This document shows positions 48,335 through 58,239 of a stretch of DNA of 63,810 nt, piece after piece. The stretch's first letter is position 1; every line of letters starts with the position of its first letter. A model generated the notes under the pieces. That model saw only the letters and a program-made list of their open reading frames with translations, was not told the DNA's origin and did no database searches. This stretch comes from Fibrobacterales bacterium (GTDB lineage: Bacteria > Fibrobacterota > Fibrobacteria > Fibrobacterales > JAOPTW01), in contig JAOPTX010000021.1 of NCBI GenBank assembly GCA_051532055.1, forward strand, positions 1 through 63,810. Reading direction: 5' to 3'. The position numbers and the translations under genes are program-made.

Positions 48335-49768
48335 ATGAGAGACCAGTTCGAAAGTCCCCTAATTAAGCGTTATGCATCTAAAGAGATGAGCTTTATCTTT
48401 TCTCCACAGTGTAAATTTCAGACATGGAGAAAGCTCTGGATAGCACTTGCTGAATCTGAACAAGAGCTTGGTCTTGATATTACGGATGTACAGGTTGCAG
48501 AACTTAAGAAGTATGAAACCGATATTAATTTTGATGTTGCCGAAGAGGAAGAGAAAAAGCGTCGTCACGATGTAATGTCTCATGTACATGCTTATGGTGT
48601 TCAGTGCCCTACAGCAAAACCAATTATACACCTTGGGGCAACTTCTGCCTATGTCGGTGATAATACTGACTTGGTACAGATGAAGCAAGCACTCATTTTA
48701 GTGCGTCAAAAGCTTTCTGTTGTGATTGAGAATATGTCTACATTTGCTATGAAGTATAAAGACCTTCCACAATTGGGGGCTACTCACTTTCAAGCGGCAC
48801 AATTGACTACTGTTGGAAAACGTACTTGTCTTTGGGTGCAAGATCTTATCATCGATTTTGAAGAGATTGATTTTCTTATAAAACAGCTTCCATTTCGCGG
48901 TGTTAAAGGGACTACTGGTACACAAGCAAGTTTCATGAAGCTATTTAATGATGATGGTGCAAAAGTAAAATCTCTAGATGCAAAAGTAACAGAGAAGATG
49001 GGTTTTGAAAAATGCCTCACTATTACGGGGCAAACTTATACTCGTAAATGGGATGCTCGTGCTAATGCGGTTCTTTCAAGTATTGCACAGTCGCTCTCTA
49101 AATTCTCGACAGATGTGCGCCTTATGCAGGGAGTTAAAGAGCTTGAAGAACCATTTGAAAAAGATCAGATTGGTTCATCAGCAATGGCTTACAAGCGTAA
49201 CCCAATGCGCTCTGAGAGAATTGGTTCACTTGCACGCTTTGTAATGGCGCAAGTACAAGCAACAACTTTTACTCAAGCGACTCAATGGTTTGAGCGTACT
49301 CTTGATGATTCGGCTAATAAACGTCTTGCAATTCCAGAGGCTTTTCTTGCGATAGATGCTATGCTTATTATCTCAGAGAACGTTACTTCAAATATGGTAG
49401 TGTATCCTAAGATTTTAGACAAACGTATTCAGGCTGAACTTCCATTTATGGCGACAGAGAACATCATAATGGCGCAAGTGCAAAAAGGTGGTGATCGTCA
49501 AGAGCTTCACGAAGATATTCGTGTACTCTCTATGGAGGCAGGTGCTAATGTGAAAGTTGAAGGTGGCGAGAACGATCTTTTAGAACGTATTTTGAATAGC
49601 CCTAAATTTGATCTTACTCAAGCAGATCTCGATGAAATTCTTGATACTAAGAAATTCGTTGGCCGTGCTCCAGAGCAAGTAGAAGAATTTGTTTCTGAAG
49701 AGGTGCTTCCTCTAATTAACAAATACTCTGACTGGAAAAGTGTCGTTGATACTGAAATAATTGTGTAA
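48335..49768 (+). CDS. purB: Adenylosuccinate lyase
   Basis: RHDVMSH, HLGATS, GSSAMAYKRNP signature; start set at MRDQF. Confidence 0.96.
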   Translation: MRDQFESPLIKRYASKEMSFIFSPQCKFQTWRKLWIALAESEQELGLDITDVQVAELKKYETDINFDVAEEEEKKRRHDVMSHVHAYGVQCPTAKPIIHLGATSAYVGDNTDLVQMKQALILVRQKLSVVIENMSTFAMKYKDLPQLGATHFQAAQLTTVGKRTCLWVQDLIIDFEEIDFLIKQLPFRGVKGTTGTQASFMKLFNDDGAKVKSLDAKVTEKMGFEKCLTITGQTYTRKWDARANAVLSSIAQSLSKFSTDVRLMQGVKELEEPFEKDQIGSSAMAYKRNPMRSERIGSLARFVMAQVQATTFTQATQWFERTLDDSANKRLAIPEAFLAIDAMLIISENVTSNMVVYPKILDKRIQAELPFMATENIIMAQVQKGGDRQELHEDIRVLSMEAGANVKVEGGENDLLERILNSPKFDLTQADLDEILDTKKFVGRAPEQVEEFVSEEVLPLINKYSDWKSVVDTEIIV

Positions 49769-49790
49769 TTGGCCAAAATAGTGTAATTTC

Positions 49791-49823
49791 AAAGCCTCAC
49801 CTTTATTGGGTGAGGCTTTTTTT
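49791..49823 (+). terminator. Intrinsic terminator after purB
   Basis: AAAGCCTCACC-loop-GGTGAGGCTTTTTTT. Confidence 0.85.
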
Positions 49824-49943
49824 GTACTTGGTTCATAAAACATTAGCAGAATTGTAATCATTCAGAGGGGTTGGGTTAAAATCTCCTCAAAACTCAAAAA
49901 TTACATGTATATTTTTAAAGATCGACTTAATAACACACCCCTT

Positions 49944-50546
49944 ATGTCAAGATCAAGAAACATAACCAATATTGCGATTATCCTACTGCTCCTTATAGGG
50001 GTAGTGTTGTTTGCGGTGACTAAAATTCTTGAACAATCAAATAATGAGGCAATGGAATATTCAGATTTTCAATTGGAAAACATTGAGACAATTGATACTT
50101 CTGCAGTATTGGATTATACCTTTTTAGGGGAAACTTCTGATGTTGTCACCACAATTTATAGTTTTCTTATAGAACCCCAAAGTCATGATGAAAAGTCAAT
50201 TCTTAGATTAGCGCAGGTAGTCAATAAGAAGCATTGTACTACAGGCCGTTGTACGATGAACATTTTTGATAATAAGCGTGCGTATTCTCTTTATGCAAAG
50301 CGATTAGAATTGATCAAGAATGATTTTGGGCAGGACTATGGAACAGATGCTCATAAATGGGCCCAACGGAAATGGGATAAGCAGAACTATGTGTTTATTG
50401 CTGATCATCTTGTGGGTGTCTACTATTTCGGTGGTGATATATTTTATTTTCCCTATCGAGATGACTACTATATTAGTCTAAAAGGGCGAAAAGCTGCAAA
50501 AAAGAAGCCTGTAGTAGTGACTGATTCTATTACTACAAATATCTAG
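49944..50546 (+). CDS. Hypothetical membrane-anchored protein
   Basis: Single N-terminal hydrophobic helix; start could be 49905. Confidence 0.65.
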   Translation: MSRSRNITNIAIILLLLIGVVLFAVTKILEQSNNEAMEYSDFQLENIETIDTSAVLDYTFLGETSDVVTTIYSFLIEPQSHDEKSILRLAQVVNKKHCTTGRCTMNIFDNKRAYSLYAKRLELIKNDFGQDYGTDAHKWAQRKWDKQNYVFIADHLVGVYYFGGDIFYFPYRDDYYISLKGRKAAKKKPVVVTDSITTNI

Positions 50547-50601
50547 TATTCGTACTATCGTAAAAATCATACTTGTTTTATAAAAATAATCATAAGTGCT
50601 C

Positions 50602-50633
50602 TTGACTCTGTACTATGGTACGGAGTGTATATT
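50602..50633 (+). promoter_or_regulatory. MerR-type operator/promoter
   Basis: TTGACT-20 nt-TATATT with dyad CTCTGTAC-TATG-GTACGGAG overlapping the long spacer. Confidence 0.88.
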
Positions 50634-50667
50634 TTATAGAGAAGAATAAAATGTAAAGAGGCGCTTG

Positions 50668-51069
50668 ATGCTCATTAGTGAGACTGCTAAACTGGCAGGG
50701 GTAAATATTGAAACTATCCGATACTATGAACGGCAAGGTATTTTAGAGGTCCCTCATAAGCGGGAGTCGGGCTATCGAGAGTATACTCAAGAAGCAGTTG
50801 CTCTCATTCAATTTGTTAAAAATGCACAAAATTTAGGTTTTTCCCTGAAAGAGATTAAAGGGTTACTTGCCGTTAAAGTTGACCCTCAATCTGATTGTGG
50901 TGATGTGAAGCAAAGAGCTCTTGAAAAAATTCTAGAGATAGAAGAGAAGATTACTGCACTTGAAGCCATGAAAGGCTCTTTAGAGATTATAACAAAGAGG
51001 TGCAGCGGTAAAGGCCCCGTTTCAGGTTGCACTATTTTAAATGCTATGGAGCATGAGGAGACACGATAA
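50668..51069 (+). CDS. MerR-family heavy-metal-responsive regulator
   Basis: ETIRYYE, GYREY, LGFSLKEI; three Cys spaced 35 and 9 residues apart. Confidence 0.93.
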   Translation: MLISETAKLAGVNIETIRYYERQGILEVPHKRESGYREYTQEAVALIQFVKNAQNLGFSLKEIKGLLAVKVDPQSDCGDVKQRALEKILEIEEKITALEAMKGSLEIITKRCSGKGPVSGCTILNAMEHEETR

Positions 51070-52193
51070 TGGATTTGTTAAAAGAGATTGTATTGGTATT
51101 TGTTGAAATGGCGCCCTACTTGGTGTTTGGGTTTCTATTTGCAGGAGTCCTCCATGTCTTTGTCAAAAAAGAGGTGATATTAAAGCACTTGGGCGCATCC
51201 TCTGTGGGTTCAGTAATTAAGGCGTCGCTTTTTGGAGTGCCCCTCCCGCTTTGTTCCTGTAGTGTGATTCCTACAGCCATATCCCTTAAGAAAAGTGGTG
51301 CTTCTAATGCGTCAGTACTCTCATTTCTACTATCAACTCCTCTTACTGGTGTGGATAGTATTGTTGCAACCTATGGTGTACTGGGGCCAGTATTTGCTAT
51401 TTTTCGACCAATCGCTGCTTTTCTTATCGGAATTATCGGTGGGATAGTTGCCCTTTTTGTTAAGACGGATGAGACAATTGTGGTAAAAGGTGAAGAGAGT
51501 AGTTGTTATAGTGGTGATGACGCTCAAAAAAATACTTCAATTGAAAGCTGTTGTAGTAATGAGCCTGAGACCGGAGAGGTTAAAGAGGGGGACTCTATTC
51601 CATGGCTTTTACGAGTTGTCGAGTCTATTAAAGAGATATGGACCTATGCATTTAAAACTCTTCTTGATGATATTGCCTTACCACTCATAGTAGGGGTAGT
51701 GATATCTGGAGTAATATCGTGGGCTTTGCCAGATAACTTTTTTGGAGATTTGGCTCTCCCCACTATGGTGCAGATGCTTATAATGATTGTTGTTGGTGTT
51801 CCAATTTATATATGTGCTACAGCCTCACTCCCTATTGGGGCAGCCCTTCTTCTTAAAGGACTCTCTCCTGGCGTCATTTTTGTGTTTCTTGCTGCGGGCC
51901 CCGTTACCAATAGTGCTACTATAGCATTGATTATTAAACAATTTGGCAAAAAGTTTTTTGCTCTCTATTTTGGAGTGATCGCAGTATTGTCGATTGCCTT
52001 TGGCTTATTGCTCGATGGCATTATAGAAACTTTTGGGTATGTGATTGAACCTATGATGGGGCATCATGGAGAGCATGGGCCGAGTGTTCTTTTTGTTGCC
52101 ATTGCTGTAGGGTTTGTAGTCCTGCTGATGGGCTCTCTAAAACGTAAATTTATTCCTAAAAAGCGTGAGAATGGTAGTTGCTGCAGCCAATAG
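51069..52193 (+). CDS. SO_0444/ArsP (DUF318) family metal permease
   Basis: GVPLPLCSCSVIP, TGVDS, PIYICATAS; Cys-rich loop and tail. Confidence 0.88.
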   Translation: MDLLKEIVLVFVEMAPYLVFGFLFAGVLHVFVKKEVILKHLGASSVGSVIKASLFGVPLPLCSCSVIPTAISLKKSGASNASVLSFLLSTPLTGVDSIVATYGVLGPVFAIFRPIAAFLIGIIGGIVALFVKTDETIVVKGEESSCYSGDDAQKNTSIESCCSNEPETGEVKEGDSIPWLLRVVESIKEIWTYAFKTLLDDIALPLIVGVVISGVISWALPDNFFGDLALPTMVQMLIMIVVGVPIYICATASLPIGAALLLKGLSPGVIFVFLAAGPVTNSATIALIIKQFGKKFFALYFGVIAVLSIAFGLLLDGIIETFGYVIEPMMGHHGEHGPSVLFVAIAVGFVVLLMGSLKRKFIPKKRENGSCCSQ

Positions 52194-52416
52194 TTTATTA
52201 GTTTGACCTCAATGAATAAAAACGGATTACCATTGCAGAGGAAATAATTATTTAATTCTATTGAATTTAAGGTTTAAGAAAGGCTTGCTGGTAAATTAGT
52301 GAGTTCAATGTAAATTATGTAAACTTTTGGCGCTATTTTATGTAATTATCTCTATACTTATATCTGTAATAGAAACCGAACATTGCTAATAGTGTTGTAA
52401 AACAAAGGAGGCTATG

Positions 52417-52560
52417 ATGGAGGCATGGAATATTACTGGAAGGTACTGCAGCTTAGAGATTAACAGCGAGCAGGAGTCAGTTTGGTATAATACTCAAATT
52501 GAACCCGAAAATGAGATAGGGAACCAAACTGATACAGTAAATCACGATTCAATTAACTAA
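52417..52560 (+). CDS. Putative 47-aa small protein (below ORF-track cutoff)
   Basis: AAGGAGG RBS 5 nt before ATG; MEAWNITGRYCSLEINSEQESVWYNTQIEPENEIGNQTDTVNHDSIN; terminator follows. Confidence 0.55.
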   Translation: MEAWNITGRYCSLEINSEQESVWYNTQIEPENEIGNQTDTVNHDSIN

Positions 52561-52586
52561 CAAGCATTCATTATATAGAACATGAG

Positions 52587-52608
52587 AAGTGGCCCAGCCA
52601 CTTTTTTT
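52587..52608 (+). terminator. Intrinsic terminator
   Basis: AAGTGGC-CCA-GCCACTTTTTTT. Confidence 0.75.
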
Positions 52609-52642
52609 GTGCCTATACTTTACTCGTGCTTTAAAAGGGTGG

Positions 52643-54847
52643 TTAGAATCTGAGAAGAAGAGAGAATCTACCTTGATTGTTACGGACATTATTACCTGAT
52701 AGGTCTTGTATACGGCCATAATCAACTTGAAAAAAGTCTGAAATCATAACGCCAATACCAATATCAAGTTCTTCACGGTCACCAGAAGGGTCAACCATAT
52801 ATCCACTGCGCACTGCAAACATATTTTGATAGGTATATTCAACGCCCGTTTTAAAAATCCCCTCTTTGACAGATTGCTTAAATGTGTCCCAATTTGAGTT
52901 CTCTAATTGAGTATTGGTGACATTATCAAACTGATCAGGGTAAAACCAAGCTTTCCAGGCTGAAATGTAGAATGGATCAGGTTCGCCTGTGTCATTATAA
53001 GAAAGAGTGGTACGGTCATAATCCATGGTCGCTTGAAGCCTATGTTCAGCAATATTGATTATTTCGTAGGCGAGACCAATTCTCCATGTGAGGGGGAGTG
53101 GGTCAGTATTGTTGGGTTTGTTGTAGTATACTGCAGGGCCCATATTAAAAAGCCCAAGTCCAAAATTGAGGGTTGGGATCAAGAGGTCTTTTGCGAGATA
53201 ACTGATGTCAACAGCATATCCGGCACTGGTAGCAGCATTGCCTACTTCATTGGCACCAGACGAGAGGTCTGAGTAGAATGTTTTGAAGTTGAGTCCGAGG
53301 GATGTGAGAGCTGATAATTTGGTTCCATATGAAAGCCCGAGAACTGATTCAGTACTTTTATAGCTGCTTCTCACCGAGTTAAACCCGTCTGTTGTCTCTG
53401 TAACACCTAAAGAAGCATGATGGAGTGAAACGCCAAGAGTGCCCCAGTCGCCAAGAGGGATAGTAGCCGTGGTATAGACATGCCATAGGTCAGCGATGCC
53501 GAGAGCCTGTAAAAGCTGTTCGTAGTAAAAACCGACTTGAATTTCTGAAGTTTGAAATTGTTCAACACCAGCACCTGTTATCAGCCAAAGCTCTTTCCCC
53601 TCAGAGATAATATCGTATACTTGATTGCTATGAAGGCCATTAAATGCATGGTAGTGTTTCCAGTCGCCATTGGATTCAGGTTTAAGGAGTGATTTCTTTT
53701 TAACCAAAAACCGTTCTGGGAAATGTTGCCATACCCCTTTGTCTGTTCCGATCCATATACTGTTATGAGGGCCGATGGTAACAGTGTGGACTTTGTTTTT
53801 TTCAAATAGAATCTGTTCCCATTTTTTTAGAGTAAAGCGGGAGACACCACTTTCATGAGCAACCCATACTTCACCGAGGCTATCAATTGCAATTTGTCGA
53901 GGATCGAGATCGATAAGGCCGTCTTCAAGGTTATACAAATTCCATTTGTGCTTGACTTTAGGGGCAGCCCTTCCCCGTGAAACTTTTTGTTCGGTGAGTC
54001 GTGCAACTCCTGCCCCTTTTACGGATGCATACAGTTCGTTGCGTTCAGGAGAGTAGGCGAGTGCAGTTATATCCTGTGAAGGAAGTACCTTTCCCATGCG
54101 CTTAAATTTGCTATAGCGAAGTTTGTAGAGACCGTTATGAGTGCCTACCCAGGTCGAGTATTCATGTACCGAGAGGGCGGTTATTTTAAGTTTACCCAGT
54201 GATGTTTCGTAGTTTTGCCACTTATTACCATCAAATTTAAATAGGCCCTGAGTTGTACCCACCCATACTGTACTTTTTTTAGAGTTAAAATGTATTGCTG
54301 TGACGGAATCTTTAATCACTAAACTCCAAGGGAGCTTAACTTGAGTGAGGAGACGCTCCTCTTCGGGTGAGTAAATATTGTTGATTTCTCTTACTTTGAG
54401 AAGGATCTGGCTGAGGTCGTTGTTCGTTCCAATGAAGTCCCTCACAACTTTGCGAAGTGTATTGCCTTGGTGGAGCTCTTGTACATGGTAATCGACCCAT
54501 TGCATACCATTGAAATGCTTGAGACCTTCGGGGCCTCCAAGCCATAACTCGGAGTGTTGAAAAAAGCCTGTATTAATGTTACTGGTGATGTGTGATGCGG
54601 CATTTATGGCAAGGGGTTGATCTAATGAGACTTTCCATTCGTCTGCAAGAGGGGCAAATGCGAGCCCTGCCGGATTCCAGTATGTGGCAAATGCATCATC
54701 AGGTAATGCAATACCTGATTCTCCCATGCCGAGTTGACGTGCACCAACAGGAAGGCTGAGAGTTATAATTGCAGAACCTTGCCCGGCTGCATGAATGAGA
54801 GAAGTTAAAAATAGAAGTGAAGCAATGATTTTTTTTATAAGTATCAT
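52643..54847 (-). CDS. PorV/PorQ-family outer-membrane barrel with inserted beta-propeller
   Basis: GARQLGMGE...DDAFATYWNPAGLAF motif; internal W(V/I)GT..G(L/V) propeller blades; amphipathic barrel strands ending in F. Confidence 0.78.
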   Translation of the reverse strand: MILIKKIIASLLFLTSLIHAAGQGSAIITLSLPVGARQLGMGESGIALPDDAFATYWNPAGLAFAPLADEWKVSLDQPLAINAASHITSNINTGFFQHSELWLGGPEGLKHFNGMQWVDYHVQELHQGNTLRKVVRDFIGTNNDLSQILLKVREINNIYSPEEERLLTQVKLPWSLVIKDSVTAIHFNSKKSTVWVGTTQGLFKFDGNKWQNYETSLGKLKITALSVHEYSTWVGTHNGLYKLRYSKFKRMGKVLPSQDITALAYSPERNELYASVKGAGVARLTEQKVSRGRAAPKVKHKWNLYNLEDGLIDLDPRQIAIDSLGEVWVAHESGVSRFTLKKWEQILFEKNKVHTVTIGPHNSIWIGTDKGVWQHFPERFLVKKKSLLKPESNGDWKHYHAFNGLHSNQVYDIISEGKELWLITGAGVEQFQTSEIQVGFYYEQLLQALGIADLWHVYTTATIPLGDWGTLGVSLHHASLGVTETTDGFNSVRSSYKSTESVLGLSYGTKLSALTSLGLNFKTFYSDLSSGANEVGNAATSAGYAVDISYLAKDLLIPTLNFGLGLFNMGPAVYYNKPNNTDPLPLTWRIGLAYEIINIAEHRLQATMDYDRTTLSYNDTGEPDPFYISAWKAWFYPDQFDNVTNTQLENSNWDTFKQSVKEGIFKTGVEYTYQNMFAVRSGYMVDPSGDREELDIGIGVMISDFFQVDYGRIQDLSGNNVRNNQGRFSLLLRF

Positions 54848-54854
54848 CAAGAAA

Positions 54855-55412
54855 TTACGCGAGTTGATTCCACTCAGGAATGCCGTATTGTCCATCCTGA
54901 GGGAGTAGTGGCTGCCAATCTGATTTGTCCTGATCTTCCCATGCTTCTTTACTAATTAGACGACAGGTACATCCAGGGTAATAGGGAGGGAGGAGTTCGG
55001 GGTTGTTGAATACTTGTTCACGTGTTACGTATGAACTTCGATTAAGAAAGGTACATATCGAGAGGTCTTTATCGGTCATTTCAAATTTATATGTTTGAAT
55101 ACCATTCTGGTCTCCTTCTTCAATAGTTTGAATAGAGAGATTAAGACTGTTTTGCCACATTTGAGCAATAGTCTCGATTTCTTCTGCAGGGAGCTCTTGA
55201 TTCTCAAGGAATTGAACAATCTCTTTTGGGGATGGTTTGACCTTTTCAAGATCTTCACGTGGCGACTTGCGAATAAGTGAAAAAACACCGGACGTGTGGA
55301 GCGATGCAATACTTGATTCATCATCACCATCTTTTTGCATAACAATATATGACCCTATCCCAACAAGGATGATAGAGAGGATGATAATAAGTATGATAAA
55401 TCCGATTTCCAT
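54855..55412 (-). CDS. Hypothetical membrane protein with PPYYPGCTC motif
   Basis: N-terminal TM helix, acidic body, C...LPPYYPGCTC. Confidence 0.7.
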   Translation of the reverse strand: MEIGFIILIIILSIILVGIGSYIVMQKDGDDESSIASLHTSGVFSLIRKSPREDLEKVKPSPKEIVQFLENQELPAEEIETIAQMWQNSLNLSIQTIEEGDQNGIQTYKFEMTDKDLSICTFLNRSSYVTREQVFNNPELLPPYYPGCTCRLISKEAWEDQDKSDWQPLLPQDGQYGIPEWNQLA

Positions 55413-55655
55413 TATTTCTCATTCATGTGAAGTTCAGCTTAAAATCTAACATTTTTAGTGGGAAATTCCTCTAGTCTTCTTAATTTTATAATCAATTAAG
55501 GAGGAATACCCTTAAGTGAAATATAAGTACCATTCCATGTATGAATAGGAAAAAAGGCGCTCCAAGTATGCGGTAATTGGTACATTTATGCGAGATATTG
55601 AAAAGTAACCAGAATAGGCAGTAGTTATTGACCTCTTCTTGATACAGGATACACT

Positions 55656-56798
55656 ATGAAAAAAACGTTTATTTTAGGGGCTATTATTGCTCTTTGTGGC
55701 ATTGCATTTCCAAAATCACCTACCCAAACTTTTCCTGATGGACTTACAGTAAAAACCCTTACTGTTGGCAAGGGCGAGACTGTGACCTCAGGGAGCTTGA
55801 TTAAAGTGTTGTATGTTGGACGATTACAAGCAACCGGTGCAGCTTTTGATTCAACGATGAACACCCCCTTTGAATTTGTTTTGGGTGCTGGTACCGTTAT
55901 AAAAGGGTGGGATTTGGGAATTATTGGTATGAAGCAGGGTGAGAAACGCCAACTTATTATTAACCCAAAACTAGGGTATGGAACACGAAATCTTGGGGTC
56001 ATTCCTCCGAGTTCTACTCTTGACTATACTATAGAGTTAGTGTCATTTAAAAAGCCGCTCCCTAAGGACGCTTTTCCAGAACTATCATCCCTCGGCTGGA
56101 AGAAACAGGTTCCTGGTGTAAAAGTTGCCACTCTGACCGAAGGTACAGGAACGTCAATCTCTGCAGGTGCAAAAGTAAGTGTTCATTATACTGGTTGGTT
56201 AAAAGGAGGAACTCGATTTGATTCTTCTAAAGATATTATGAAACCACTTGAATTTGAAGTGGGGACCGGTAAAGCAATTAAAGCGTGGGACCTCGGACTT
56301 ATTGGGCTTCGTGAGGGAGGAACGTATATCTTACATACCGAGCCACAAATGGCATATGGAGCAACTGCTCAAGCAATGATTCCTTCAAATTCTGAACTGG
56401 TATTTAAATTAGAGGTACTTTCTGTTGAAAGTGTTAAGCTTCCTTTTGCTGATGTTGTTTGGAGTAAAGCGCCAGAGGGCTTTGAGTATGCGATTCTCGA
56501 AAAGGGGAATGGTACGAAGGCGACTGTAGGAAAAACAGTTGTCGTGCATTATACTGGTTGGCTTCCCAATGGAACAAAATTTGATTCATCAGTTGATCGC
56601 GGGCAACCCTTCTCATTTCCTTTAGGGAGTGGCCGAGTTATTCGTGGTTGGGATTTGGGTGTAGCAGGGATGAGCCCTGGAGAAAAACGCATGCTTAAAA
56701 TACCGGGTCATCTTGCCTATGGTGAGCGCGGTGCAGGAGCACTTATCCCACCTAACGCAACACTTATTTTTCAAGTTGAGCTTATAGACGTAAAATAG
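55656..56798 (+). CDS. Exported FKBP-type peptidyl-prolyl isomerase with three FKBP domains
   Basis: Three V.Y.G.L...FDS...I..WDLG...YG units; signal peptide. Confidence 0.92.
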   Translation: MKKTFILGAIIALCGIAFPKSPTQTFPDGLTVKTLTVGKGETVTSGSLIKVLYVGRLQATGAAFDSTMNTPFEFVLGAGTVIKGWDLGIIGMKQGEKRQLIINPKLGYGTRNLGVIPPSSTLDYTIELVSFKKPLPKDAFPELSSLGWKKQVPGVKVATLTEGTGTSISAGAKVSVHYTGWLKGGTRFDSSKDIMKPLEFEVGTGKAIKAWDLGLIGLREGGTYILHTEPQMAYGATAQAMIPSNSELVFKLEVLSVESVKLPFADVVWSKAPEGFEYAILEKGNGTKATVGKTVVVHYTGWLPNGTKFDSSVDRGQPFSFPLGSGRVIRGWDLGVAGMSPGEKRMLKIPGHLAYGERGAGALIPPNATLIFQVELIDVK

Positions 56799-56807
56799 GA
56801 TTATACG

Positions 56808-58022
56808 ATGGAACAGGTATTTGAGCAGATCAATAGAATTATTACCAACGTCTCTTATGAAAAGTTGGGATTCAATGTAATGTACTTTGCTATTGCACTT
56901 CTTGTTGCCTGGTTGGCCAACACCCTTACAAAGCGCATTCTATTAAAGGTAATGGAGAATATTGCCAAGAAAAGTAAAATTACCTGGGATGATGTTCTTA
57001 TTGAACAACAGGTCTTTAAGCGTCTTTCTCATATTGTACCAGCGGCGATAATTTATGGAAGTGCATCATTTGCATTCTCTGATTTTTATGAAATAGCTCA
57101 TTGGATAGAGAAGATCGCAGTCATGTATATGGTGACAATTGGGGTAGGGGTCATTGATGCTCTTCTCAATACTGTATTGGTACTGTATCGTAAGGCAAAT
57201 ACTGAAACGCGTAAAGTACCTATTCGTAGTGTTATACAGATGATCAAGCTCATTAGTTGGTTCTTTAGTGGTGTCATTATACTTGCAGTGCTCCTTGATA
57301 AGTCTCCGATGTTTTTTATTGGGGGTATGGGTGCTATTGCAGCAGTTCTGATGTTGGTCTTTAAAGATGCTATTCTCGGTTTGGTTGCCGGCATTCAGCT
57401 TGCAACAAACCGTATGATCCAACTGGGTGATTGGGTAGAGATGCCTTCACACGGTGCAGATGGTGAAGTGATTGATATTTCACTGACTACTATCAAAATT
57501 CAAAATTGGGATAAAACCATAACAACGGTTCCTGCATATGCAATGGTTTCTGAGTCATTCATAAATTGGCGCGGTATGGAAGAGTCGACAGGGCGGCGTA
57601 TAAAGCGCTCAATTAATATTGATGTTACTTCTGTAACTTTTTGTACAGATGTTATGCTGCAAAAATTTCGAAAGTATGCCTGCATCGCAGATCAACTCCC
57701 TAAAAAGATTGATGAGATACAGGTACATAATCAATCAATACCTGCAGACACCACAGAGATTGTAAATGGACGACGCCTAACCAATATTGGTATTTTTCGA
57801 ATGTACCTCAATGCGTATCTTGCTGAACACCCTGCAATTGAAACGTCTCTGACACATATGGTGCGTCAGTTACAACCAACTGAATATGGAATACCAGTTC
57901 AGGTGTATGCATTTTCTAAGATTAAAGAGTGGAAATTGTATGAGGAAGTACAGTCAGATATATTTGATCACATATTTGCCATAGCCAAGGAATTTCATCT
58001 AAACATATACCAACGCCCTTAA
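56808..58022 (+). CDS. Mechanosensitive channel, MscS family (YbdG-like)
   Basis: LVFKDAILGLVAGIQ, GDWVEMP, QNWDKT, GRRIKRS, MVRQL. Confidence 0.92.
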   Translation: MEQVFEQINRIITNVSYEKLGFNVMYFAIALLVAWLANTLTKRILLKVMENIAKKSKITWDDVLIEQQVFKRLSHIVPAAIIYGSASFAFSDFYEIAHWIEKIAVMYMVTIGVGVIDALLNTVLVLYRKANTETRKVPIRSVIQMIKLISWFFSGVIILAVLLDKSPMFFIGGMGAIAAVLMLVFKDAILGLVAGIQLATNRMIQLGDWVEMPSHGADGEVIDISLTTIKIQNWDKTITTVPAYAMVSESFINWRGMEESTGRRIKRSINIDVTSVTFCTDVMLQKFRKYACIADQLPKKIDEIQVHNQSIPADTTEIVNGRRLTNIGIFRMYLNAYLAEHPAIETSLTHMVRQLQPTEYGIPVQVYAFSKIKEWKLYEEVQSDIFDHIFAIAKEFHLNIYQRP

Positions 58023-58121
58023 TTTCAACTTTAAACGAAGTACTTCTACGTTTTTTCCTCCTTGCGTACAAATGTACGCGGCGTCAAAAAATGCATTGAA
58101 TTACTCCATTTAAAATTGAAA
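58023..58121 (-). repeat. Structured palindromic element, copy A (reverse orientation)
   Basis: TTTCAACTTTAAA...TTTAAAATTGAAA arms around central GCGTAC-AAAT-GTACGC. Confidence 0.65.
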
Positions 58122-58239
58122 CTTGCTGCTTCGACGCTACGCGTCATCAATCTCACCTTTTCACAACTGAGTCTTCAGGTATCTAGCACAGATTTCCAAA
58201 GGAAATCCAACGGTCTGAAAACCATCAAACATCCATATA

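Noticed and set aside
52425..52463. Alternative 12-aa ORF MEYYWKVLQLRD
   Set aside because: RBS spacing (1 or 13 nt) is poorer than for the 47-aa frame
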